From: an uncultured delta proteobacterium
GTDB lineage: Bacteria; Desulfobacterota; RBG-13-43-22
NCBI GenBank assembly: GCA_963790475.1
Contig: CAWBOS010000006.1
Location: 192,001 to 256,000 of the forward strand
Direction of reading: 5' to 3'
Length of the DNA stretch: 64,000 nt
In this document: positions 49,800-58,709 of the stretch, piece by piece
Position numbering within the stretch: the first letter of the stretch is position 1
How the letters are laid out: every line of letters begins with the position of its first letter
The notes under the pieces: generated by a model
What the model was told of the DNA's origin: nothing
The model's input: the letters and a program-made list of their open reading frames with translations, nothing else
Databases searched by the model: none
Position numbers and translations under genes: made by a program

Positions 49800-50459
49800 T
49801 TGAGTAAAAGGGTTTTATATCCGGTCGTTTTTATTGCCGGATTATTAATTGTATTATTCTTCTTATCCCCACCTATTTTGAATAGGGCGGGTGATTTTTT
49901 AGCTCCCATGAGTAATGGAAAGGCGGAGGTCATTATTTTAGAGGGAACCGAGACCATAAAAAATGGCGCAGTCCAAGAAGGAATAGAGCTTTTGAGAACC
50001 AGCCAGGCTAAGTGTTTGGTAATTGTGTTACACATCAGCAAAAAGGAGGGTCAACTTTTTGCTATCCAAGAAGAATATCCAAAATTATTGAAGGAAAAAT
50101 TTAAAGCACTGGGACTAAAAGAAAAACAACTGAAAATACTCTTCGTTCCTATTAACGACAATCCTATAACCTTAACCGAGGCCAGGTTTGTTGTCGGGAT
50201 CCTGGCCAAGGAAGGTTTTCGCCATGCTATATTGCTCTCCGAAGGATTTCACGCCCGCAGAAGCTGGTCGGTTTACAGGCAGGAAGGGAAGCGATTCAAT
50301 ATCTCAGTTATGTCTTACCCATTTTTCATTGATTTCAGAAAAGAAAACTGGTGGCACCAAAAAGAAGGTATTCGGGATTTTGTTGAGGAGGTTACCAAGC
50401 TCGTATATTACTTGGGTTGCAGGTATATTTCGATAGGGTCTGTCCTAACCTCAAAATGA
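49800..50459 (+). CDS. YdcF/DUF218-like membrane-anchored protein
   Basis: N-terminal TM, AGDFL, TLTEA, SEGFHARRS, E..KL.YY. Confidence 0.7.
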   Translation: MSKRVLYPVVFIAGLLIVLFFLSPPILNRAGDFLAPMSNGKAEVIILEGTETIKNGAVQEGIELLRTSQAKCLVIVLHISKKEGQLFAIQEEYPKLLKEKFKALGLKEKQLKILFVPINDNPITLTEARFVVGILAKEGFRHAILLSEGFHARRSWSVYRQEGKRFNISVMSYPFFIDFRKENWWHQKEGIRDFVEEVTKLVYYLGCRYISIGSVLTSK

Positions 50460-50507
50460 AATTTGGACAACTGCCCTTCCATACTTGGAACGATGTCTTT
50501 TCCACCA

Positions 50508-50975
50508 TTAACACCATACCTTTCCTAAGATAATACCGAGTATAATCCAGATGGGGATTGAAATAATGATTGCCCAGGCAATACCGGTTAGTCTTTTAAT
50601 CGATCTTTCCAGTTTTTTGGTATGCAGGGCCCTCTCCACCTTGATCCGCACTTCGTCAAGTTGAACGGGCTTGGCGATATAATCATAGGCGCCATGTTTT
50701 ATGACTTCGATGGCCGTCTCAATTGTCGGATAGCCGGTAATGAGGAGGAAAGGTATTTTTAATTTCTGAGACCTGACCTGTTTGAGCAATTCAAGACCAT
50801 CCATGTCGGGCATAACAAGGTCGGAGATGATGCAGTCGATATCATTTTGGCTGAGTTTGCCTAAAGCCTCAGCACCATTTGAGGCAAACTTGACTTCGTA
50901 ACCAAGGTGTTGAAAGTAATCTACCAGAAGTTTTTGGATTTGTTCGTCATCATCTACGATAAGAATTCGTTTCAT
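50508..50975 (-). CDS. Response regulator receiver with C-terminal TM helix
   Basis: ILIVDDD, SDLVMPDMDG, ITGY, AKP; hydrophobic tail. Confidence 0.88.
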   Translation of the reverse strand: MKRILIVDDDEQIQKLLVDYFQHLGYEVKFASNGAEALGKLSQNDIDCIISDLVMPDMDGLELLKQVRSQKLKIPFLLITGYPTIETAIEVIKHGAYDYIAKPVQLDEVRIKVERALHTKKLERSIKRLTGIAWAIIISIPIWIILGIILGKVWC

Positions 50976-51536
50976 GAATGTCGTAACTCCCCTTTTTTAT
51001 AAAGTCTTATGGTGTCATAATCTAGATAGGTTTCAAGAAAAAAACGAAAAAACCAGGAGAAAGGACCACGAAATTTTGAGATCTAAAAGGGTTAAAAAAA
51101 ATTTATTCACAAGGTTCAACTCCAAGGCTGTAATAAAATACGCCTTGATCATCATTCGCTGATCTCAAGAGAATAATGCCCCCCTCTTCTAACTTTCCCT
51201 TCCTTACCGAAGAGATCGATAAATATTCTTTCTTTTTGATATATTCAGTTAGGGAAAAAATATTTCAGGGATAACTTTATAACCGAATGTTTCAATTTCC
51301 AAAACAGAGCGGTTATCTAACGCGAATTCACTGGAAAATATTTTTTGAGAAAAATAATTACCGGGGTAAATTAGATCTTTCCTGTCTAAGCTGATCAATT
51401 AAAAGTAAATATATCTACAGGTTAATTTGGAAAAATATAGAATAGGGACAGAGATAGTGTCAAGGAGAAAAAGTGGAAAAAGATAGCCGGGGACAAAAAG
51501 CAAGGTTAACGAACAAGGCAATACTGGCAGGGTTAA

Positions 51537-51644
51537 TTATTGTAAGGTAGGGACCTCGTCGGCTTCTTTGGCTTTTACCAGCATAGATATTAAGAAAACC
51601 CCCAAACTGCATCCCACAAATAACCCAAAGATAAAAAGAAACAT
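51537..51644 (-). CDS. Small membrane protein, 35 aa (DUF3789-like), below the ORF-track cut-off
   Basis: AGGAGG-4nt-ATG; MFLFIFGLFVGCSLGVFLISMLVKAKEADEVPTLQ. Confidence 0.65.
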   Translation of the reverse strand: MFLFIFGLFVGCSLGVFLISMLVKAKEADEVPTLQ

Positions 51645-51840
51645 AATGCCTCCTGGCTTTACAGGAAGTTTTGAACAACCCTTCCTTTTGCCATTCTCTT
51701 TGTCAGACTCACATCATAACCCTTAAAATACAAAAGGTTTTCGGTAGATAAAGCTGCCTTTGACCGGATCGTTTTCCTTGACCTTGGATAAAATTGAATG
51801 TTTTTCAAGGTCCTGACAATAAGGGTTTGTTAAAATAAAA

Positions 51841-51856
51841 AGCAAAAATAGTACCA
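51841..51856 (-). promoter_or_regulatory. Sigma54 -24/-12 promoter (minus strand)
   Basis: TGGTACTATTTTTGCT. Confidence 0.6.
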
Positions 51857-52138
51857 TTTGGGACCATTATTTTTTAACTATATGTTTTTATTCTATTATA
51901 ATAATTTTTTACCCAAAACAGAAGGCAATAATAACAAAAAGCTGTATGAAATTTCAGACATTATTCTGCATAGAATGCAGGTTTTTCTTTTAAGTAAAAC
52001 ACCATCTTGCCAAGGTCTAAAACAGGTCTTTCATCTTTCTTAAATCAAAATTATTTCAAAGCCCTAAAGTGATACCTGTTTTCTTTCTTAAAATAAAATG
52101 GTATAAAAATCTATAAATTTTATCTCTAAGGAGAAACA

Positions 52139-54427
52139 ATGATGAGATCTTATTTTGGTAAATGGGTCAAAGTGCCCTTTTGGATTCTGATCGGCCTTAT
52201 CCTGATCGGTTTTATGGGCTGCAGCAAAGAAGCCAAGATGGAACGTCATTGGAAGAAAGGGGAGAACTACTTCACTCAGAATAAGTTTAATGAGGCCGTC
52301 ATCGAATATAAAAATGTTCTTCAGCTTAATCCGAAGAATGCCCAGGCCCATTATAAACTGGGGCTTGCTTACTTAAGGACGAATAATTTCAAGGGAGCCT
52401 TTTCTGAATTTTCCCAGGCCGTGGATCTGAATCCGAATTTTATTGATGCCCGGCTCCAGTTAGGGACCCTCTATTTACTAACCCGGGATATCCCCAAAGC
52501 CAGGGAGCAAATAAAAAAAATATCCTTGAAAGAGCCGGATAATCCTTCGGCCCTTCTCTTGAACAGCTCCATTTACGCCCTGGAAAAGGACCTTGATAAG
52601 GCCATTGCCGAAGCCCGGAAGGCCATTGAGAAGGACCCCAAAAAGATTGAGGCCTATCTCCAATTGGCCGCTTTATATATCCTTAACAAAGACATGACCA
52701 AGGCCGAACAAACCTATAAGGAGGCCATCAAGACCGACGAAAAATCCATAAAAGCCCGGTATGCACTGGCCGGATTATATAGCCGGACCGGCAAGAATGA
52801 ATTGGCTGAGGCAGAACTCATCAAAGTCACCCAGATTTTTCCTAAAGATACCGGGGCGGCGATCACTTTAGGCAACTTTTATGCCTCGGTCAAAAGGAAC
52901 GAAGATGCGGAAAAGCAATTTTTAAAGGCGATTGAACTGGATTCCAATAATATTCCTTCCCGGCTCCATCTGGGGGACTTTTACCTGGCCTGGACCAAGA
53001 AAGACAAGGCCCTGGAAACCTATCAAAAGGCCATGGATATGGACTCCAGGAATATCCCTTCCCGAATTCGGGTAGCTGAGATCTATTTAGCGGAAAAGAA
53101 ATACGATAAGGCATCGGAATTGATAGAAAAGATACTGAAAATCAATTCCAAAAGTCAGGAGGGGATCTTTCTAAAAGGAAGACTGTACCTGGCTAAAGGG
53201 GAATTTGATAAAGCTTTGGCCCTGCTCCAGTCCTATCTCAAGGAATATCCCAAATCCTCCATGGGTCATTATTTCTTAGGGTTGGCCTATATGGGGAACA
53301 AGGATAGTTTGCAGGCCAAGAGCGAAGTGACTGAAGCGGTAAAGTTAAACCCCGGAGACGTGAGGGCCCGGTTACTGCTGGCGGACCTTCACTTCCGGGC
53401 CAGGGCCTATGATCTGGCCATTGAACAGTCCCAGGAAATCTTGAAAATTAACCCGAATATCTTTCAAGCCCACCTGATGTTGAGCCAGGCCTATCTCCTG
53501 AAAGGAGATGCCCTCAAGTCAGAAAAGGCCTGTGAAGAAGTAATTCGTATCGTACCCAAGAATCCGATAGGATATTATCAGCTGGCCCGTACCCTGTTGG
53601 CCCAGAAAAAGGAAAAAGAAGCTTTGATCCAATCGGAGAAGGCCCTAACTCTTCAACCTAATTATGTGGAAGCCCTTGGCTTGGTGGTGGGGGTTTACCT
53701 AAAACAAAAAGACACCCAGAAGGCCGTTACCCGGGTGGAGACTCAAATCCAGCAGAACCCCAAAAACGCCTATTTTTATCAGATGCTGGCCAATCTGGAG
53801 GAGGTCAAAAAAGATACGGCCAAGGCGGAAACCTTATATAAAAAGGCCATAGATATAAATCCCAATATCACGGCCTTTCATATTGCCCTGGGGAATTTTT
53901 ATGCCCGTTATAAAATGTCGGATAAGGCCGTTAAGGAATTGAACACAGCCATCCAACAAAACCCCAACTCGTTACAGGCTATGATGACCCTGGGCATAAT
54001 TTATGACTCCCAGAAAAATTATGATAAGGCCGTTGAATATTATCAAAAGGCCTTAAAGATCAATCCCAAGTTTGCCCCGGCGGCCAATAACCTGGCTTTT
54101 CGTTATGCCGAAAAGGGAGATAAGATCGATGAGGCCCTCAATCTGGTCCAGATGGCCAAAGAGCAGTTCCCTGATGACCCTAATATTGCCGATACCCTGG
54201 GATGGGTCTATTACAAAAAGAATGTCTTTACCCGGGCTATCGTCCATTTTAAGGAGGCCTTGGAAAAGGAAAAGGATAATCCAATTATTCATTATCATTT
54301 AGGTCTGGCTTATTTTAAAAACAATGACAAGGATCAGGCCCGGAAGGAATTGAAAAAGGCCCTGGAATTGGACCCCAAATTCTCAGGGTTCGAAGAGGCC
54401 ATGTCCGTACTGGAAAAGATCAGGTAG
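52139..54427 (+). CDS. prsT: TPR-repeat lipoprotein, PrsT-like
   Basis: Lipobox FMGC; many TPRs; NNLA and DTLGWVYY; PEP-CTERM context. Confidence 0.8.
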   Translation: MMRSYFGKWVKVPFWILIGLILIGFMGCSKEAKMERHWKKGENYFTQNKFNEAVIEYKNVLQLNPKNAQAHYKLGLAYLRTNNFKGAFSEFSQAVDLNPNFIDARLQLGTLYLLTRDIPKAREQIKKISLKEPDNPSALLLNSSIYALEKDLDKAIAEARKAIEKDPKKIEAYLQLAALYILNKDMTKAEQTYKEAIKTDEKSIKARYALAGLYSRTGKNELAEAELIKVTQIFPKDTGAAITLGNFYASVKRNEDAEKQFLKAIELDSNNIPSRLHLGDFYLAWTKKDKALETYQKAMDMDSRNIPSRIRVAEIYLAEKKYDKASELIEKILKINSKSQEGIFLKGRLYLAKGEFDKALALLQSYLKEYPKSSMGHYFLGLAYMGNKDSLQAKSEVTEAVKLNPGDVRARLLLADLHFRARAYDLAIEQSQEILKINPNIFQAHLMLSQAYLLKGDALKSEKACEEVIRIVPKNPIGYYQLARTLLAQKKEKEALIQSEKALTLQPNYVEALGLVVGVYLKQKDTQKAVTRVETQIQQNPKNAYFYQMLANLEEVKKDTAKAETLYKKAIDINPNITAFHIALGNFYARYKMSDKAVKELNTAIQQNPNSLQAMMTLGIIYDSQKNYDKAVEYYQKALKINPKFAPAANNLAFRYAEKGDKIDEALNLVQMAKEQFPDDPNIADTLGWVYYKKNVFTRAIVHFKEALEKEKDNPIIHYHLGLAYFKNNDKDQARKELKKALELDPKFSGFEEAMSVLEKIR

Positions 54428-54576
54428 GGACTTGAAAAAGAGAATATCAACATAGAAACTTGACAAAGGAAGACTAATCACTACTGTAACAGGAGGTTTG
54501 AGAAAAGTCCTCCTTTTTCCCAATTTCTGAGTTAGGATAAAGTCCTTACCTCGAAATACTATAGGCAATCCTTTGA

Positions 54577-54601
54577 GTAATCCCGCCAAAAGGCGGGATC
54601 G
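54577..54601. repeat. REP-like hairpin
   Basis: atcccgcc-aaaa-ggcgggat. Confidence 0.5.
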
Positions 54602-54657
54602 GCTTCCTTGAACTTGAACAAAATTGAACCTTTTTCGAAGCTCTCATAATATCATAA

Positions 54658-56106
54658 ATGATGCGGCTGACTATTTTTTGGCGATTAATTATCGGTTATC
54701 TGATAATCTTTATTTTGGTGATGATGGTCGGAGTCTATGCCATTATCCAACTCAGACAGTTTAATACGGTCACTCGATACATTCTGAACGTTGATAATCG
54801 AATTCTGGAATACGAAAAAAAACTGTTGGATTTGACACTCTCTCAGCATCGATTCCTGAAAAAGTATATCATCACCAGAGATCAAAACCTCTATAATCAG
54901 TTTTTTTCAGCGAAAGAAGCATTTTCCAGGAATCTGGATATGGCCTTCGCTGTTTCCGATACCCCCGTCCATCAGGATATCCTGACAAAAATCAGGGCAT
55001 ACCAAAACCGTTATCAATCTCTGGTACGGAAAGAAAATGACCTAATCCAGTCCAAGGAAATCTATTCCAAGAAAGAATACGAAAAAGAAAAAGAAAGACT
55101 GATCGATGGTATCCTAAAAGAATTAGAACTATTGGAGATTCGAGTTCAACAAGATGCCCATCAACGGATGAAGGAACAGGGGGAGGCCGGAGATTCCGCC
55201 CGTTATATCGCTGTAATCCTGGCCTCGCTCGCCTTGGGTTCGGTCGTTATCATATCTTTTCTTATAACCAGAAGCATCACTCGACCTTTGGGTTTGCTGA
55301 GACTGAAAACCCGAGAGATATCCGAAGGAGTTTTTAAGAGTAATTTGAAGATTTCTTCTTCCCCGGAGATTTCTGAGTTGGCCCAGGCCTTTAATTTGAT
55401 GGTTCATCGCCTCAGTACCCTGGAAAAAATGAAATCCGATTTTTTTTCCACTATGTCTCACGAACTGCGGACCCCGCTGACTTCCATTAAAGAAGGGATT
55501 GCCCTCCTACAGGAGGAGGCGGCCGGGCCGATTACCGAAAAACAAAAAAAGCTTCTGGCCATTGTTGCCCAGGAAAGCCGTCGGTTGATTGACTTGGTTA
55601 ATTCCTCCCTGGACCTGTCCAAGATGGAGGCGGGGATGATGATCTATCGCTTTGAACAGGCCGATTTTGTTTTCCTGATCGATAAGGTGATCGTGGAGAT
55701 GGGCCCTCTGGTGCAAGCTAAGAAAATTAGACTGGAGGCAGAGGTCAAGACAAAGTTGCCAAGGATTAAAATGGACCAGGAGAGGATCCTGCAAGTGCTT
55801 CGTAATCTGATTGGAAACGCGGTGAAATTCACTCCTGAAGGGGGGCGCATAGCGGTTTTCGCCGGTCTTGCCGGCCAAAGCGTCAAGGTGGCCGTGAGAG
55901 ACACCGGCCCCGGGATCCCGGAAAATGATCTTGCTACTATTTTTAACAAATTTCACCAGGTAACGCCGGAAAAATCTTATCAGATTAAAGGATCCGGATT
56001 AGGTCTGGCGATAGTCAAACACATCATTATTTCACATGGCGGTAGGGTATGGGCAGAAAGCAAATTAGGGCAAGGAAGCACTTTTTATTTTGTTTTGCCG
56101 GCTTGA
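54658..56106 (+). CDS. HAMP sensor histidine kinase (GlrK/QseE-like)
   Basis: 2 TM, HAMP, SHELRTPL, NAVKF, DTGPG, GSGLGL. Confidence 0.88.
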   Translation: MMRLTIFWRLIIGYLIIFILVMMVGVYAIIQLRQFNTVTRYILNVDNRILEYEKKLLDLTLSQHRFLKKYIITRDQNLYNQFFSAKEAFSRNLDMAFAVSDTPVHQDILTKIRAYQNRYQSLVRKENDLIQSKEIYSKKEYEKEKERLIDGILKELELLEIRVQQDAHQRMKEQGEAGDSARYIAVILASLALGSVVIISFLITRSITRPLGLLRLKTREISEGVFKSNLKISSSPEISELAQAFNLMVHRLSTLEKMKSDFFSTMSHELRTPLTSIKEGIALLQEEAAGPITEKQKKLLAIVAQESRRLIDLVNSSLDLSKMEAGMMIYRFEQADFVFLIDKVIVEMGPLVQAKKIRLEAEVKTKLPRIKMDQERILQVLRNLIGNAVKFTPEGGRIAVFAGLAGQSVKVAVRDTGPGIPENDLATIFNKFHQVTPEKSYQIKGSGLGLAIVKHIIISHGGRVWAESKLGQGSTFYFVLPA

Positions 56107-56681
56107 TTTTTCTATTCCTCAACGGGTGTGCATTCTTGGATAAAATTCGGGAACCGGATCAGCCGGCAATCTCCCGGGCGGAAAAGGAAAAAACCTTAAG
56201 AAGGGAAGCGGCCATTGCCGAAGAGAAAAAAAGGGAAGAGACGGCCAGAGCCCATCTCCTCAAGGGGCGGAAACTTTTTGCCTATGGGGATTTTGAAGGA
56301 TCGTATTGGGAAAATTATACAATAATCACTTTTTTTCAGGGCCAGTCCTCGATGGAGGAGGCTATTTTTATGCTTGGCTTGATCTATAGCCATCCAGGCA
56401 ACCCCAATAAAGATCTTAGCAGGTCCCTTGACTTTATGAAAAGGGTGGTTAAAGAATATCCAAACAGCTTTTTCGGGCAAGAGGCCAAAGCCTGGATAAA
56501 CATTCTCCTAGTGAATGAAAAAGTAGGCAAAGAAAATGAAAAATTGGTGAAAGAAAATGAAAAATTGATAAAAGAACATGAGAAATTGATGAAAGAACAT
56601 GAGAGAATGTCCAAGATGTTGGAAGAGTATAAACAGGTGGATATCGAGATAGAAGATAAAAAGAGAGAGAAAGGAAGATAA
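56049..56681 (+). CDS. Lipoprotein with TPR-like and coiled-coil regions (QseG/YfhG-like position)
   Basis: Lipobox LNGC; coiled-coil tail ending KQVDIEIE; lies between kinase and regulator. Confidence 0.7.
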   Translation: MGRKQIRARKHFLFCFAGLIFLFLNGCAFLDKIREPDQPAISRAEKEKTLRREAAIAEEKKREETARAHLLKGRKLFAYGDFEGSYWENYTIITFFQGQSSMEEAIFMLGLIYSHPGNPNKDLSRSLDFMKRVVKEYPNSFFGQEAKAWINILLVNEKVGKENEKLVKENEKLIKEHEKLMKEHERMSKMLEEYKQVDIEIEDKKREKGR

Positions 56682-56689
56682 TAGAGTCC

Positions 56690-58063
56690 ATGTTTTTGGG
56701 AAATATTTTGGTGGTGGATGATGACCTAAACCTTCTGGAATTGGTGAAAATGAGGCTTGAATCGGCCAATTATGAGGTTACGGCGGCCTCAATCGAAGAA
56801 GAAGCCCTCGGTGCTCTCAAGGAGCGGGTTTTTGATCTGGCCATCGTAGACCTTCAATTGGCCAATCAGGACGGGATATCCCTGATGGAGGCCTTTCATC
56901 AGATCATACCGGATATGCCGGTGGTGATCCTTACGGCCCATGGAAGTATCGAAAGTGCTGTGGAGGCTATGAAGAAAGGGGCCTACAGCTACCTCACCAA
57001 GCCCTTTGACGCCCAAGAGCTGCTGCTGCAGATCAGAATAGCTTTGGAGAACCGCAGGCTCACCTCCGAGGTAAAAAGGTTGGAAACCCTATTAGAAGAG
57101 CATTTTGGTTTTTCAAATATTGTGGCCCGGAGCGAGAAGATGCGCTCCATTCTTGATGGGGTTTCTCAGATTGCCAAAACCGAGTCGACCGTTTATATCC
57201 ATGGAGAAAGCGGAACAGGAAAGGAACTCATTGCCAAGGCCATCCATATGGCCAGCGAAAGGGAAAACAAGGCCTTTGTGGCCATCAATTGCGCCGCCCT
57301 CCCCGAAGGGTTATTGGAGAGCAGGCTTTTTGGCCATGAAAAAGGGGCCTTTACCGGGGCGGTGAAGAGTACTAAAGGCCTTTTTACCCAGGCCCACGGA
57401 GGCACCATTTTCCTCGATGAGATCGGGGACATGCCCCTTGGAATTCAAGCCACGCTTTTGAGGGTTCTTCAGGAACGACAGTTTTACCCAGTGGGCAGCG
57501 AGAAGGTGGTTGAAGTCGATGTCCGGGTGATCGTGGCCACCAACAAGGATCTGGAAACCATGGTCAAACAGGGTCTTTTCCGGGAAGACCTCTATTACAG
57601 GATCCACGTCATTCCTATTTTTCTGCCTCCTTTACGGGAACGAAAAGAGGATATCCCTCTGTTGGTCGAGCATTTTCGGGAAAAATATAACCGGCAAATG
57701 AATAAAGAGGTCAAGGGATTGAGCCAGTCGGCTTTGCAAAAAATGATGCTTTATGATTGGCCGGGAAATGTGAGGGAACTGGAAAATACGTTAGAGTACG
57801 CTGTGGCCATAACCCAACAGGATATCATCCCTGAAGAAATTATTCTTCAACAGACTAAGGGTGTTGTTGCCGCAACCCCGGTTTTGCAGCCCCTCAAGGA
57901 GGCCAGGAACGCTTATGAGAAAAATTATCTGATTCAACTCCTGGAAATCTGCAAAGGGAATATAAGTAATGCTGCCAAACTTGCCGGAAAGTACCGCGCC
58001 GACTTCTACGATCTCCTTAAAAAACATGACCTGAAGGCGGAAGATTTTAAGAATAGCGATTGA
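56690..58063 (+). CDS. Sigma54-dependent response regulator (GlrR/QseF-like)
   Basis: [17 protein letters not shown]; C-terminus AAKLAGKYRADFYDLLKKH. Confidence 0.88.
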   Translation: MFLGNILVVDDDLNLLELVKMRLESANYEVTAASIEEEALGALKERVFDLAIVDLQLANQDGISLMEAFHQIIPDMPVVILTAHGSIESAVEAMKKGAYSYLTKPFDAQELLLQIRIALENRRLTSEVKRLETLLEEHFGFSNIVARSEKMRSILDGVSQIAKTESTVYIHGESGTGKELIAKAIHMASERENKAFVAINCAALPEGLLESRLFGHEKGAFTGAVKSTKGLFTQAHGGTIFLDEIGDMPLGIQATLLRVLQERQFYPVGSEKVVEVDVRVIVATNKDLETMVKQGLFREDLYYRIHVIPIFLPPLRERKEDIPLLVEHFREKYNRQMNKEVKGLSQSALQKMMLYDWPGNVRELENTLEYAVAITQQDIIPEEIILQQTKGVVAATPVLQPLKEARNAYEKNYLIQLLEICKGNISNAAKLAGKYRADFYDLLKKHDLKAEDFKNSD

Positions 58064-58144
58064 CCGGAAGGTCATTTCCCAATGTCGGATAAAAAAAGGC
58101 CGTATCGGTAGACATGGCCTTTCCTTTTTACTGTTTTTCAAATC

Positions 58145-58597
58145 TTATTCTACGGTAATCTTGATTTGTTTTTCCTTGGCCTTTTCACTCTTGGGAAGTG
58201 AAATGGTCAGGACTCCTTCTTTATGAGAGGCCTTTACATTTTTGGTATCCACATCGGTGGTCAGTCGGATACTCCTGGAAAACGAACCGTACCGCCGTTC
58301 GATCAAGTGATAGGACTCGTCTTTTTCTTCTTTTTCCTGCTTCTTTTCCCCTTTAATGGTCAGCATATCCCCGCTGATGGTTACTTCCACTTCTTTGGAA
58401 CTTAATCCGGGAATTTCAGCGGTGACCACTATGTTTTCTTTTGTTTCCTTGACATCTAAAGCTGGCACCCAAGCCGCTTCGGATAGAATCGGGAAACCGG
58501 AATCTCCGAAAAATCGACCCCACAAGTCATCCATCTCTTTTCTTAACTTGGACAAAGTCTTTGTTCTTTCCCAGGGAACAAGCTCAAACATGGTCAC
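58145..58597 (-). CDS. Hsp20 small heat-shock protein
   Basis: PALDVKET, AEIPG, LTIKGEK, ERRYGSFSR, GVLTISLPK. Confidence 0.93.
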   Translation of the reverse strand: MTMFELVPWERTKTLSKLRKEMDDLWGRFFGDSGFPILSEAAWVPALDVKETKENIVVTAEIPGLSSKEVEVTISGDMLTIKGEKKQEKEEKDESYHLIERRYGSFSRSIRLTTDVDTKNVKASHKEGVLTISLPKSEKAKEKQIKITVE

Positions 58598-58709
58598 ACC
58601 CCTTTTTGTTTTTTTTGTTCATAAATCGAAGCACGAAATATTTTATATTTAGGTAATCATTTCTTGGCGTTTTGTCAAGATAGGGCCCACAACCCAATAT
58701 GAACCGTGA

